Virus record (IMG/VR): IMGVR_UViG_3300029305_001221
Span: 1 to 64,000 of that record
Source: a virus
Taxonomy: Duplodnaviria > Caudoviricetes
Length of the DNA stretch: 64,000 nt
Reading direction: 5' to 3' (one strand)
Part shown: positions 8,877 to 17,728 of the stretch, piece by piece
Numbering within the stretch: the stretch's first letter is position 1
How the letters are laid out: each line of letters opens with the position of its first letter
Notes under the pieces: generated by a model
Database searches by the model: none
Told to the model about the DNA's origin: nothing
The model's input: the letters and a program-made list of their open reading frames with translations, nothing else
Program-made: the position numbers and the translations under genes

Positions 8877-8918
8877 TTCTGAAGATATCTGAGGAAATTC
8901 TGAAGTTGTCTGAGGAAA
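8877..8918 (+). repeat. 21-bp tandem repeat TTCTGAAG(A/T)T(A/G)TCTGAGGAAA x2; related copy at 49510-49530
   Basis: Direct inspection; each occurrence directly follows a terminator U-tract. Confidence 0.7.
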
Positions 8919-9052
8919 TCTAGGATAGAACTTTTAAACCTAGCTTAATAATATTCCGCACACAGACGACCATTTCAGGTGTTAAATTGATATCGTTCCG
9001 GAAAAATTCCCCGGGTTAGAAATTTCGAAAAACAAAATGAAAGGAGATAAAT

Positions 9053-9271
9053 ATGGGGTATGTAATAGTCTTCATTCTCGCATTATTACTCGGCACATTC
9101 GTAGGTATATTACTGACGCATTTAAAATCGTCTGGAATTATAAGAGTAACTGGAGCCGATGAAGACGGTATGTATTTGGGCCTAGTTGTTAGCAAGAGTC
9201 CTGCTGATTTCATGCGTCACAAGTACGTAACGTTTAAAGTCGACAACTCTTATTTCAATTCGCACAAATAA
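9053..9271 (+). CDS. Small membrane protein
   Basis: N-terminal TM; AAAGGAG RBS. Confidence 0.7.
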   Translation: MGYVIVFILALLLGTFVGILLTHLKSSGIIRVTGADEDGMYLGLVVSKSPADFMRHKYVTFKVDNSYFNSHK

Positions 9272-9323
9272 CAAGTCCTATTACGGTAATATCAAATTAT
9301 ATTTTTGAAAGGAGAAATCTAAA

Positions 9324-9716
9324 ATGATTAACGAACCTAAAAGACTGCTACGGGAGGAATTCCGAAAAGAGGTCGAGGAGCTTAGCAAGATTTCCGTTGG
9401 AACTGAAGAATACAAGGTTGCAGTTGACGGGGTCGCTAAGATTGCGGATCGAATTATCGAGATCGAAAAACTCGAAGTCGATGTTCGTGACAAGGAGGTA
9501 AATCGAGAAGTCGATGCTGACTTGAAGCGCGAGCAGATGGCTGAGGAGAAGAAAGATCGAATTATTCGAAATGCGATCACGGTCCTGACTACTGCGGCTG
9601 GATTCGGATTGACCATCTGGGGTTACTTGACTGAACTCAAGTACGACGAGAAGGGAGCTATGCCTAGAACGCTGTTAGGTAAGGAATTTGCGAAAGGATT
9701 GTTCCGCAGAAAGTAA
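9324..9716 (+). CDS. Coiled-coil protein with a C-terminal TM (cassette)
   Basis: Motif at 9260; RBS; terminator at about 9736-9767. Confidence 0.7.
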   Translation: MINEPKRLLREEFRKEVEELSKISVGTEEYKVAVDGVAKIADRIIEIEKLEVDVRDKEVNREVDADLKREQMAEEKKDRIIRNAITVLTTAAGFGLTIWGYLTELKYDEKGAMPRTLLGKEFAKGLFRRK

Positions 9717-9857
9717 GCTGATTTATCATTCTACCAAGGGGCTATGGAAACATAGTCTCTTGTTTTTGTCCGAACCTGATGAAGGTAACAGACGCGGAAA
9801 TTGCACGTCCTATTATGGAATCAATTATTTAATTAAATGGTAAAGGAGGACGATTAA

Positions 9858-9935
9858 TTGGTAATCTTAGGATTTGCACTAGTAATCGTTGGTTGCATCA
9901 TTATTATGAAAGGTTCAAGCAACGGGGGGTCGTAA
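9858..9935 (+). CDS. 25-aa TM micropeptide
   Basis: AAAGGAGG RBS, TTG start, MVILGFALVIVGCIIIMKGSSNGGS; own motif (9792) and terminator. Confidence 0.55.
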   Translation: MVILGFALVIVGCIIIMKGSSNGGS

Positions 9936-10058
9936 TGACCCCTTTTTGTTTTCTATAAGAATTCAGTAATAATGTCCTAATCTTTTCTTTTCGGCGCGAA
10001 ATTTACAGCCACCTTTATGAAAAGGAAGAGGTAAATTGAACGGAGAAAGGATTATATT

Positions 10059-10157
10059 ATGACTACTAGTATGATGTTAATGTTTATGATTGCTATTAGC
10101 ATAGGATTATCTATCGATGAGAAATTGCATGAAAACGACGGAGAGTCCGAGCAGTAA
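10059..10157 (+). CDS. 32-aa micropeptide with a hydrophobic N-half
   Basis: AAAGGA RBS, MTTSMMLMFMIAISIGLSIDEKLHENDGESEQ; own motif (9994) and terminator. Confidence 0.5.
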   Translation: MTTSMMLMFMIAISIGLSIDEKLHENDGESEQ

Positions 10158-10197
10158 TGTTCGACTCTTCATTTTTATTTTCTCCGGGAGGTGACTT

Positions 10198-10557
10198 ATG
10201 AGGTATCATTACGAAAAACCTGCCATTTTTTCATCGATGTACGGAACTACATATAAATGTGAGCATCCCGTGTATGACAAATGCACACTTTTCGAAATAG
10301 CTGGGAGAGGGCTCGCTATAATTCAACAGAGATATGACCCGAATAGCAAGCGGACCTGGTGGAGTGAGATAGATCCTTGGCTTACCGATGAGATATATCT
10401 GCATTCTAAATTTAAACAATTGTTCGATGAACGAGCTGACGAGCCTATGGATGGTTTATACCCAACTGCTAGCATACGACAGGTCATGTGGGCGCTTAAA
10501 ATGAAACCTATTCCAAAAGAGCGATGGGAAACATGTTTCGATAGACGTCTTATCTAG
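10198..10557 (+). CDS. Conserved phage hypothetical protein
   Basis: GGGAGGTG RBS, 119 aa. Confidence 0.7.
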   Translation: MRYHYEKPAIFSSMYGTTYKCEHPVYDKCTLFEIAGRGLAIIQQRYDPNSKRTWWSEIDPWLTDEIYLHSKFKQLFDERADEPMDGLYPTASIRQVMWALKMKPIPKERWETCFDRRLI

Positions 10558-10623
10558 TCGCGTAATTTGCATCCTCCTTTATGAAACCGAAACGGTTAAT
10601 ACATTATGAAAAGAGGAACGATT

Positions 10624-10857
10624 ATGGGTAAAACTATGAGCGAACGTTATAACGAGAGTATGGACAATCTGATGAAGATGTTCGGCAAGATGTTTCTGGA
10701 ATCCGATATGGATGAAGAAGCGATCAAGGCGTATGTCATTCTGAAGGATATGGTCACACTGTCGAAAGACATGGTTCGAGCTCAGGAGGAGACCATCGAG
10801 AATCAGAAGCATATTATTAAGATGCTGGAAGGGATCACAGAAAAAATTGGAGTATAA
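10624..10857 (+). CDS. Small coiled-coil protein (cassette)
   Basis: Motif at 10558; terminator at 10858-10880. Confidence 0.65.
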   Translation: MGKTMSERYNESMDNLMKMFGKMFLESDMDEEAIKAYVILKDMVTLSKDMVRAQEETIENQKHIIKMLEGITEKIGV

Positions 10858-10959
10858 GAGGGGCTTCGGCCTCTTTTATTTTTCTGACATTGTGCAGCAA
10901 TAGCAGTCGCAAATTTTACAACTTACTTTATGAAAGAATATTTTAAGGAGGTTTAAATT

Positions 10960-11085
10960 ATGAAAACTTTTCTGAGCTTTGTGACAGGCGTGTTCGTCGG
11001 AGCAGTTGGCTATGCAGCGGCTACGATCACAATGCCGAGCCTGCGCGATGCGGCCGAAGTTCTCAGTTGGAAACTTACTAGATAA
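10960..11085 (+). CDS. 41-aa membrane peptide
   Basis: AAGGAGG RBS, MKTFLSFVTGVFVGAVGYAAA...; own motif and terminator. Confidence 0.6.
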   Translation: MKTFLSFVTGVFVGAVGYAAATITMPSLRDAAEVLSWKLTR

Positions 11086-11190
11086 TATCTTGGCGAAACG
11101 GAGTCTAAGAAATTCTTAGGCTCTTGTTTCTTGAACAAATGGATGGACGCGAAATTATCACAGGCTATTATGAAAAGGAGGTAAATAATT

Positions 11191-11370
11191 ATGATTTTAT
11201 TCACATTATTGCTGCTCACATCGATTATTTTGGCAACGGTCACGGTGATCACGCTTGTAAGCGTTGGCGCTGGATTCATTGTCATCTTTGGCGATGTGAT
11301 TGTATTCTGTGCGATCATTGTCTTTATTATGAAAGCCTTTATCAAGAAAAGAAAACAGAAGAAGAACTGA
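11191..11370 (+). CDS. 59-aa two-TM protein with a basic tail
   Basis: AAGGAGG RBS, MILFTLLLL...KKRKQKKN. Confidence 0.65.
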   Translation: MILFTLLLLTSIILATVTVITLVSVGAGFIVIFGDVIVFCAIIVFIMKAFIKKRKQKKN

Positions 11371-11436
11371 GCCCTTCGGGGCTCTTTCTCTTTCATTTTT
11401 CTCTTCGAATTCGCGAAAAAATCAAGTTCTATTATG

Positions 11437-11511
11437 GAAACGGTGAGCTCGATTGGTAGAGCATTACACTTAACCGTGTAAAGGCTGCAGGTTCGAATCC
11501 TGCACTGTTTC
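11437..11511 (+). ncRNA. tRNA-like RNA with a non-canonical anticodon loop and no encoded CCA
   Basis: Acceptor GAAACGGT/ACTGTTTC, D arm GCTC-GATTGGTA-GAGC, T arm GCAGG-TTCGAAT-CCTGC, anticodon arm TTACA-CTTAACCG-TGTAA. Confidence 0.65.
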
Positions 11512-11548
11512 TTTTTAGCTTTTACTAACCCGAAAGGTGAGGAGAAAA

Positions 11549-12322
11549 ATGGAGAAATTAGCACATCAAGCAATATTATTTTTGAAGCGCAATTCGTCAA
11601 CGGTCTTAACTTGCGTAGGAGCAGCTGGGGTAATTGCAACTTCCGTACTGGCAGTAAAAGCTACACCAAAGGCACGTATGCTTATCGATGAGGCTGAAGA
11701 TGTAAAGGGCGAGCCTCTTACAAAATTAGAGACAGTTAAAGTGGCTGGACCTGCGTATATCCCGACTGTGATTACGGGTACAGCTACTATCGCTTGTATT
11801 TTTGGAGCGAATATACTGAACAAACGAAGTCAAGCAGCCTTAACTAGCGCATATGCATTACTCGACAATTCTTATAAAGAGTATAAAAAGAAAGTCGAAG
11901 AATTATATGGCGAAGAGGCTAGCGCTAAGGTTCGAGAAGAAATAGCTAAGGATGCGTTTGAAGAACATCCGATTAAAGCGTCTAACGATAAGCAGCTATT
12001 CTATGACATGTATTCGGACAGATATTTCGAGTCTACAATGCAGAAAGTTCTGGAAGCACAGTATAGTTTGAATCGATCTTTCACAACTAAAGACTACGCA
12101 TATTTGAATGAGTTCTATGATTATCTAGAGATAGATACGATTCCTTCAGGCTATAAACTAGGATGGTCTACAGCTCAATGTTTAGAGATGTACTGGCAGT
12201 CTTGGATCGATTTCAACAACGAATTAATCACGATCGATTCTGACGACCCTGAGTACGAAGGACTTGAATGTTGTGTAATTAGCATAATGACAGATCCGAT
12301 AGTTGGATTTGAAGATTATTAA
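11549..12322 (+). CDS. DUF6353-like protein, paralog 1
   Basis: RNSSTVLTCVGAAGVIATSVLAVKATPKA N-terminus and LNEFYDYL...GW C-terminus are shared with 12593 and 15031. Confidence 0.7.
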   Translation: MEKLAHQAILFLKRNSSTVLTCVGAAGVIATSVLAVKATPKARMLIDEAEDVKGEPLTKLETVKVAGPAYIPTVITGTATIACIFGANILNKRSQAALTSAYALLDNSYKEYKKKVEELYGEEASAKVREEIAKDAFEEHPIKASNDKQLFYDMYSDRYFESTMQKVLEAQYSLNRSFTTKDYAYLNEFYDYLEIDTIPSGYKLGWSTAQCLEMYWQSWIDFNNELITIDSDDPEYEGLECCVISIMTDPIVGFEDY

Positions 12323-12365
12323 ATCGCGATAAAAGCAAACCGTTTAATGAAAGGAGGAATGTTTA

Positions 12366-12542
12366 GTGAAAACCTTTAAGAAACCCGATGCTGCGTTGAT
12401 CTGGACCGTAATTGCAGGTGTGACGTCTGTTCTTGGATTTATTGCAAATCATAAGAAAGAGGCTAGCGCTAGCAGTGCACAGGAAGATCGAATCGTAGAG
12501 AAGGCTGCTGAAAAAGTTTTACAGAAACTATCCGAAAACTAA
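12366..12542 (+). CDS. 58-aa membrane protein (not in the ORF track)
   Basis: AAAGGAGG RBS, GTG start, TM ALIWTVIAGVTSVLGFIA; own motif and terminator. Confidence 0.6.
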   Translation: MKTFKKPDAALIWTVIAGVTSVLGFIANHKKEASASSAQEDRIVEKAAEKVLQKLSEN

Positions 12543-12592
12543 AAAAGGGTCCTACGGGACCTTTTAATTTTTGAAAGGAGTATAAGTAAACA

Positions 12593-13369
12593 ATGGGCAA
12601 ATTCAATGTAATGGCGTTCGCTAAAGGTTTGCGTTCGTCCGTATCAAAACACAGTCCTGAAATTCTCACAGGTCTTGGTATCGCCGGCATGGTCGGTACG
12701 GTAGTAATGGCAGTCAGAGCAACGCCGAGAGCTATGGAGCTTATCGATGAAAAGTGTCTAGAAGATGGGGTGGATAAACTTACTCCCGTAGAAACTGTTA
12801 AAGCAGCTTGGAGACCGTATGTTCCTGCTACGATTACTGGCGCAATGTCTGTCGCATGTCTAATCGGCGCGAGTTCGGTTAATGCGAAGCGTAATGCCGC
12901 TCTAGCAGCAGCTTATACTATTTCCGATACCGCTCTAAGAGAGTATCGCGATAAGGTCATTGAGACTGTTGGCGAGAAGAAAGAGAAAACTATTCGCGAT
13001 GAAGTCGCAAAGGATCGTCTTGAAAAAAGTCAGTCTAATCCTAGCACGGTTATCGTGACTGGTGCCGGTTCTACCGTATGCTATGACGTTATCACAAGAC
13101 AGCGTTTTACGTCGAATATCGATAAGATTCGTAAGATCGAGAACGAACTTAACAAACGTATGCTGTCTGGGGAGGACTATATTTCTCTGAATGAGTTCTA
13201 TTATGAGCTTGGTCTAGATAGTGTAGCCATCGGTGACGAATTAGGCTGGAATGTTAGCTCAGGTCTTATCGATCTCGAATTTAGCGCTCAGTTAGATGCC
13301 GACGGTACTCCTTGTATCGTAATCGACTACAGAGTAGCGCCTGTTAGGGGTTATTCGACCTACGCATAA
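12593..13369 (+). CDS. DUF6353-like protein, paralog 2
   Basis: KHSPEILTGLGIAGMVGTVVMAVRATP...LNEFYYELGL...GW. Confidence 0.7.
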   Translation: MGKFNVMAFAKGLRSSVSKHSPEILTGLGIAGMVGTVVMAVRATPRAMELIDEKCLEDGVDKLTPVETVKAAWRPYVPATITGAMSVACLIGASSVNAKRNAALAAAYTISDTALREYRDKVIETVGEKKEKTIRDEVAKDRLEKSQSNPSTVIVTGAGSTVCYDVITRQRFTSNIDKIRKIENELNKRMLSGEDYISLNEFYYELGLDSVAIGDELGWNVSSGLIDLEFSAQLDADGTPCIVIDYRVAPVRGYSTYA

Positions 13370-13441
13370 TTCGCGAAAATTGCAAGTTATTTAATGGAAG
13401 AATAATAAATAAATTTTTATAACCGAAAGGAGAAAACAATT

Positions 13442-13723
13442 ATGTACGAAAACGAAATCAAGAACGAACTCATGGAGAACGAAGAGGTTCTGGTTATGAC
13501 CGAATCTACTGAAGTCGAAGAGAAGGAGTCTGGTATTGGCACTTTGGCCGCTATGGCTATCGGAGCCGGCGTTACCGCAGCAGGTATTGCTGTAGTGAAG
13601 CTGGGTAAGAAGGGCATTAAGTGGCTGAAGGCTAAGAAGGACGCTTCCAAGGCTAAGGTCGATAAGGATGCCGATGCCGAAAACGCTCCCGCTGAGAACG
13701 TTGAGGAAGCTGAGGAAAATTGA
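13442..13723 (+). CDS. Small single-TM protein with acidic ends (cassette)
   Basis: Motif at 13371; terminator at 13757-13800. Confidence 0.7.
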   Translation: MYENEIKNELMENEEVLVMTESTEVEEKESGIGTLAAMAIGAGVTAAGIAVVKLGKKGIKWLKAKKDASKAKVDKDADAENAPAENVEEAEEN

Positions 13724-13817
13724 CAACCTGGAAGGTAAGAATTAAAAGTTCTTACGAGAGGGGAGTACCTTAATAAAACGAGGTACTTTCCTCTTTATTT
13801 TTTTGAAAGGAGAGCGC

Positions 13818-14027
13818 ATGAACAATCCTGGATATCGAGCGTGGACTTATGACGGTCCGGTTTTGGAATATGGCAAAGTCATCTGCAATCGTTGGCGAGC
13901 CTCGACATATGCAGTCTCTGAGAAAAAAGCGAGAAGTAATCTAACATTTCAATATAAAAAGGAATTTAATAAGGCGCCAAACCGGAATATCACGCTTCCG
14001 GGTAAGGTTGTTCTGTTTGATCGATAG
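13818..14027 (+). CDS. Conserved phage hypothetical protein
   Basis: TTTGAAAGGAG RBS. Confidence 0.6.
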   Translation: MNNPGYRAWTYDGPVLEYGKVICNRWRASTYAVSEKKARSNLTFQYKKEFNKAPNRNITLPGKVVLFDR

Positions 14028-14038
14028 GAGGAATAAAT

Positions 14039-14656
14039 ATGGACGAATATATGCCCAATTCCCATAAGTTCAAGGAGGAGCAGAAAGTTGCTTCTACTGA
14101 AAAGAAAAAAGTAGAAAAAGTAGTTACTGGTGTTGCAAAGGTTAAAAAGAAGAGCGAGGTCAGTAAGCTTAAGGATATCTTCATTTCTGAAGACGCTTCG
14201 AATGTGAAGAGTTATATCGTCATGGATGTCCTGGTTCCGGCTATTAAGAAGGCTGTCGCAGATATCGTTACGAACGGCATTGACATGATTCTGTACGGAG
14301 AGACCGGACATTCGAAACGAGGCTCTAGTTCTTCCAAGATATCGTATCGAAGCTACTATGATCGCAAAGACGATGATAGACGCTATGATCGTGATCGCGG
14401 TCGAGTTAAGCAAGGCTATGATTATGATGATGTCATTATCGAAACTCGTGGCGAGGCAGAAGCTGTAATTTCTCGAATGGATGAAATTGTCGACATGTAT
14501 GGTCGAGTAAGCGTTGCAGATTTGTATGATCTTGTTGGTATCACTGGTAATTATACCGATAACAACTATGGATGGACAAATCTTGCTAGCGCCGAACCTA
14601 TCCGTGTACGAGATGGTTACGTCATCAAGCTGCCTAAGGCTATGCCGATTAAATAA
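14039..14656 (+). CDS. Conserved phage protein; C-terminal domain shared with 33201-34172
   Basis: YDDVIIETRGEAE...VSVADLYDLVG...YGW...GYVIKLPKA. Confidence 0.75.
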   Translation: MDEYMPNSHKFKEEQKVASTEKKKVEKVVTGVAKVKKKSEVSKLKDIFISEDASNVKSYIVMDVLVPAIKKAVADIVTNGIDMILYGETGHSKRGSSSSKISYRSYYDRKDDDRRYDRDRGRVKQGYDYDDVIIETRGEAEAVISRMDEIVDMYGRVSVADLYDLVGITGNYTDNNYGWTNLASAEPIRVRDGYVIKLPKAMPIK

Positions 14657-14844
14657 GGAGGAAGAATCCTGTGTTTGGAAAGTTTAGAAAGGGGATCAAT
14701 CGCACTATGGATGAACCGGTAAAGGTTTGTAAAGAATTTCTGGTTAATGGACAGAATCGTTTGATTCTCGGTCTGATGCTCGTCGGACTTGGCAGCGGCT
14801 TAGTAGCATCTGGCTATCTGCGGGCATCTTGTTAAGGAGGCCGC

Positions 14845-15030
14845 ATGAAAACTTATCGAGTGACCATTATCGAAACTCTGGAAAAAGTGACCGAGATCAC
14901 TGCTAATAACCCTGACGAGGCGAGAACGATCACTGAAAGTCGATGGAAAAATGGCTATCATACTCTGACGGCGGATAATTTCAGTGGTGTGAGTTTCGAT
15001 GTTGAAGAAATTGAAAAAGAAGGAGAATGA
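14845..15030 (+). CDS. DpnD/PcfM-like small protein
   Basis: MKTYRVTIIETLEKVTEITA...A...W...LTADNF pattern recalled for this family. Confidence 0.5.
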   Translation: MKTYRVTIIETLEKVTEITANNPDEARTITESRWKNGYHTLTADNFSGVSFDVEEIEKEGE

Positions 15031-16053
15031 TTGACTATGAAAAAGACTGAACTTTTAAACAGCGTAACTAGATCTTTTCATAAGGTTGGCTTCCAGTTAA
15101 AGAAGCACAGCCCTGAAATTCTGGTTGTCGCTGGTGTAATTGGTACTGTAGCGAGTGCTGTTATGGCATGTAAGGCTACTACTAAAGTGAGCGCTATTGT
15201 TGAGGAAACTAAGAGCGACCTGGAGCAGATTCACGAAGGCGTTGAGAAGCAGAAGAAACTTCCCGACGGTGAGGTCTATACTCAGGAGATTGCAAACAAA
15301 GATATGGCGATCGTCTATACTCAGACTGGACTGAAGCTTGTAAAGCTTTACGGACCGTCTGTTGCTTTGGGTGCTCTGTCTATTACTGGTATTCTGTTTT
15401 CGCATCGTATTCTGCGTAAGCGTAATATCGCACTTGCGGCAGCTTACACGACTATCGATCGTACCTTTAAGGATTATAGAGGTCGTGTGATTGAACGTTT
15501 TGGTAAAGAACTTGACCGCGAGCTGAGATATAACATCAAGGCTAAGGAAGTCGAAGAAACGGTTGTGGATGAAAACGGTAATGAAACCGTGGTGACTAAA
15601 ACGATCCAGACTGCCGAGATCCATCCGCATAGTGATTATGCTAAGTTCTTTGATGAGTTCTGCACTGGTTGGCAGAGAAATGCCGAACTGAACCTGTATT
15701 TCCTGAAATCCCAGCAGAATTACGCTAACGAGCTGCTTAAGTCTCGTGGCTATGTGTTCCTGAACGAGGTCTATGAAATGCTTGGCATTCCTAAGACTAA
15801 AGCTGGTCAGTCTGTAGGTTGGGTCTACGACGAAAAGTGTCCGATGGGCGATAATTACATTGATTTCGGTATGTACGAGATCACTAACGCAAATGCTCGC
15901 GATTTCGTGAACGGTCGTGAGAAGTCTATTCTGTTGGACTTTAACGTAGACGGTAACATCCTGGATTCTTTCTGGATGAAAACTCTGGACAATCCGGGCA
16001 GCGGTAACTGGAGACAGGATGTTCTAGACTATCCTAAGAGCTACGCAATTTAA
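15031..16053 (+). CDS. DUF6353-like protein, paralog 3
   Basis: KKHSPEILVVAGVIGTVASAVMACKATTK...FLNEVYEMLG...GW...LLDFNVDG. Confidence 0.75.
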   Translation: MTMKKTELLNSVTRSFHKVGFQLKKHSPEILVVAGVIGTVASAVMACKATTKVSAIVEETKSDLEQIHEGVEKQKKLPDGEVYTQEIANKDMAIVYTQTGLKLVKLYGPSVALGALSITGILFSHRILRKRNIALAAAYTTIDRTFKDYRGRVIERFGKELDRELRYNIKAKEVEETVVDENGNETVVTKTIQTAEIHPHSDYAKFFDEFCTGWQRNAELNLYFLKSQQNYANELLKSRGYVFLNEVYEMLGIPKTKAGQSVGWVYDEKCPMGDNYIDFGMYEITNANARDFVNGREKSILLDFNVDGNILDSFWMKTLDNPGSGNWRQDVLDYPKSYAI

Positions 16054-16067
16054 AAGGGGGAATACCA

Positions 16068-17702
16068 ATGACCGGTAGGGATTTAATCATGTACATTATG
16101 CAAAACCGCCTAGAGGATGAGTTAATTTTCAAGGACGGTGTATTCACTGGATTCATTGGTGAAGAAGAGGTCGCCGTTAGATATGGAGTCGGAGTTGCTA
16201 CCGTTCGTGCTTGGTACGAATGTGGAATGATCAAAGGCTTCAAAATCGGCGATTCACTGTTTTTCCTAAAATACTAGAAATGAGGCAATGGCGATGAATA
16301 CTAAAACAAATACTGTATCTTACACGTTAGCTGCGATAGCGGGAATAACACTAGCATGTGGTCTCGCTATCTTGTCCAGCGAAGCGAGAGTTTAGCATGG
16401 AGAGACTAGAAGAGGTTATGGAACTACTCGATGTTACATTAGATACGAAGAAGAAACGACATATTGTGGGAGGTGTTCTAGTAAGCATTTCCCTTTTATT
16501 CGGCGGGTTAGCATTCACCGTCATTACATTGAAAACGGAGGACAAACGATGAACAGCAAAGTGGTTAACGCACTCATGTTCACTGCCGGAGCTGCAATAG
16601 GCTCTGTAGTGACTTGGAAGCTTGTTAAGACAAAATATGAGCAAATTGCTCGGGAGGAAATCGCTTCTGTCAAGGAGGCTTTTTCGTTCCGTAAATTCGA
16701 GCCTAAAACATTTGAGCCCGAGGTGTTCGAGCCTAAAAAGTTCGAGCTTGAAACCGAAGAAGAGGAACCTGACCCCCGTGAGGTTGAGCGGGAGGAGTAT
16801 AAAGGTCTTCTTGAGACTTACGGTTACACCGATACTGAAGATGAAGACGACGGGAAAGGAGGATCCTATGCGGTCGTAGCCCCTTACGTCATTACTCCCG
16901 ATGAATTCGGAGGCGAGTATGAGTATGATGCTATTAGTCTCAATTACTACAAGGATAAAATCTTAGCAGATGATTGGGGCAATATTATCGAAGACGTTGA
17001 GGGTGAGGTTGGTACGGAATCTCTAAATCATTTTGGAGATCACCAGCCTGAGACTGTATTTGTCAGAAATGACAGGCTGAAAATCGATTACGAGATTGTA
17101 TGCGATGAGAGAAGCTATTCGGATGTGCACGGCATACCCCAGCATCTCGAAGATGAGTAATGACTCTCAGAGATAGAATTCACAATGAATATTTCGAGTG
17201 GATGTATGACTTGGTGTGCAGAAACAGATACTCTAAAAAGATTTCTTATAGAAAACTCTTAATGTATCTACACGACACTGAGTTTGTGTATTCAATTTCC
17301 AATGATGCAAACAGAGCAGAGGACGGTATAGATTTACGTTATCGGTTTGCCGCAAGCGTGAACTGCGATGATATCTATGAGTATATCGACGGTCCTTGTA
17401 GCGTTTTGGAAATGATGATCGCTCTGGCTATTCGTTGTGAAGAAGATATCATGGATAATCCGAATATAGGAGATAGAACTGGCCAATGGTTCTGGGGTAT
17501 GATCGTTAGCCTTGGCCTTGGTTCTATGCTCGATAGCGCATTTGATAAACCTTACGTTGAGGAGACGGTAACACGGTTTCTCGATAGAGGTTACGAATCG
17601 AACGGTAAAGGTGGCTTATTCACATGCAAACACTGCAATCGTGATTTGAGATATACCGAAATCTGGTATCAGATGTGCTACTATTTGAACGAGATTCTAT
17701 GA
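16068..17702 (+). other. Run of small conserved genes ahead of the polymerase (16068-16277 possible HTH, 16397-16552 TM, 16549-17160 TM-anchored acidic, 17160-17702)
   Basis: Overlapping stop/start junctions and RBSs. Confidence 0.65.
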
Positions 17703-17728
17703 TTCGATAAGAAAGGAGAACAAATGAG

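Larger units (their letters stand above)
6946..13397 (+). promoter_or_regulatory. Fifteen copies of the 27-bp motif
   Basis: Starts at 6946, 7218, 7637, 8005, 8290, 8598, 9260, 9792, 9994, 10558, 10907, 11147, 11411, 12324 and 13371; invariant spacing CGC(G/A)..CA..TWTWAT. Confidence 0.85.

Noticed and set aside
8950-8985. Additional copy of the 27-bp motif upstream of gene 9053
   Set aside because: TCCGCACACAGACG lacks the W-rich run, the CA spacing and the TWTWAT box
9770-9800. Hammerhead ribozyme core CTGATGA...GAAA (also at 35012 and 35181)
   Set aside because: No stem II can form between CTGATGA and GAAA, and no stem I/III partners are present
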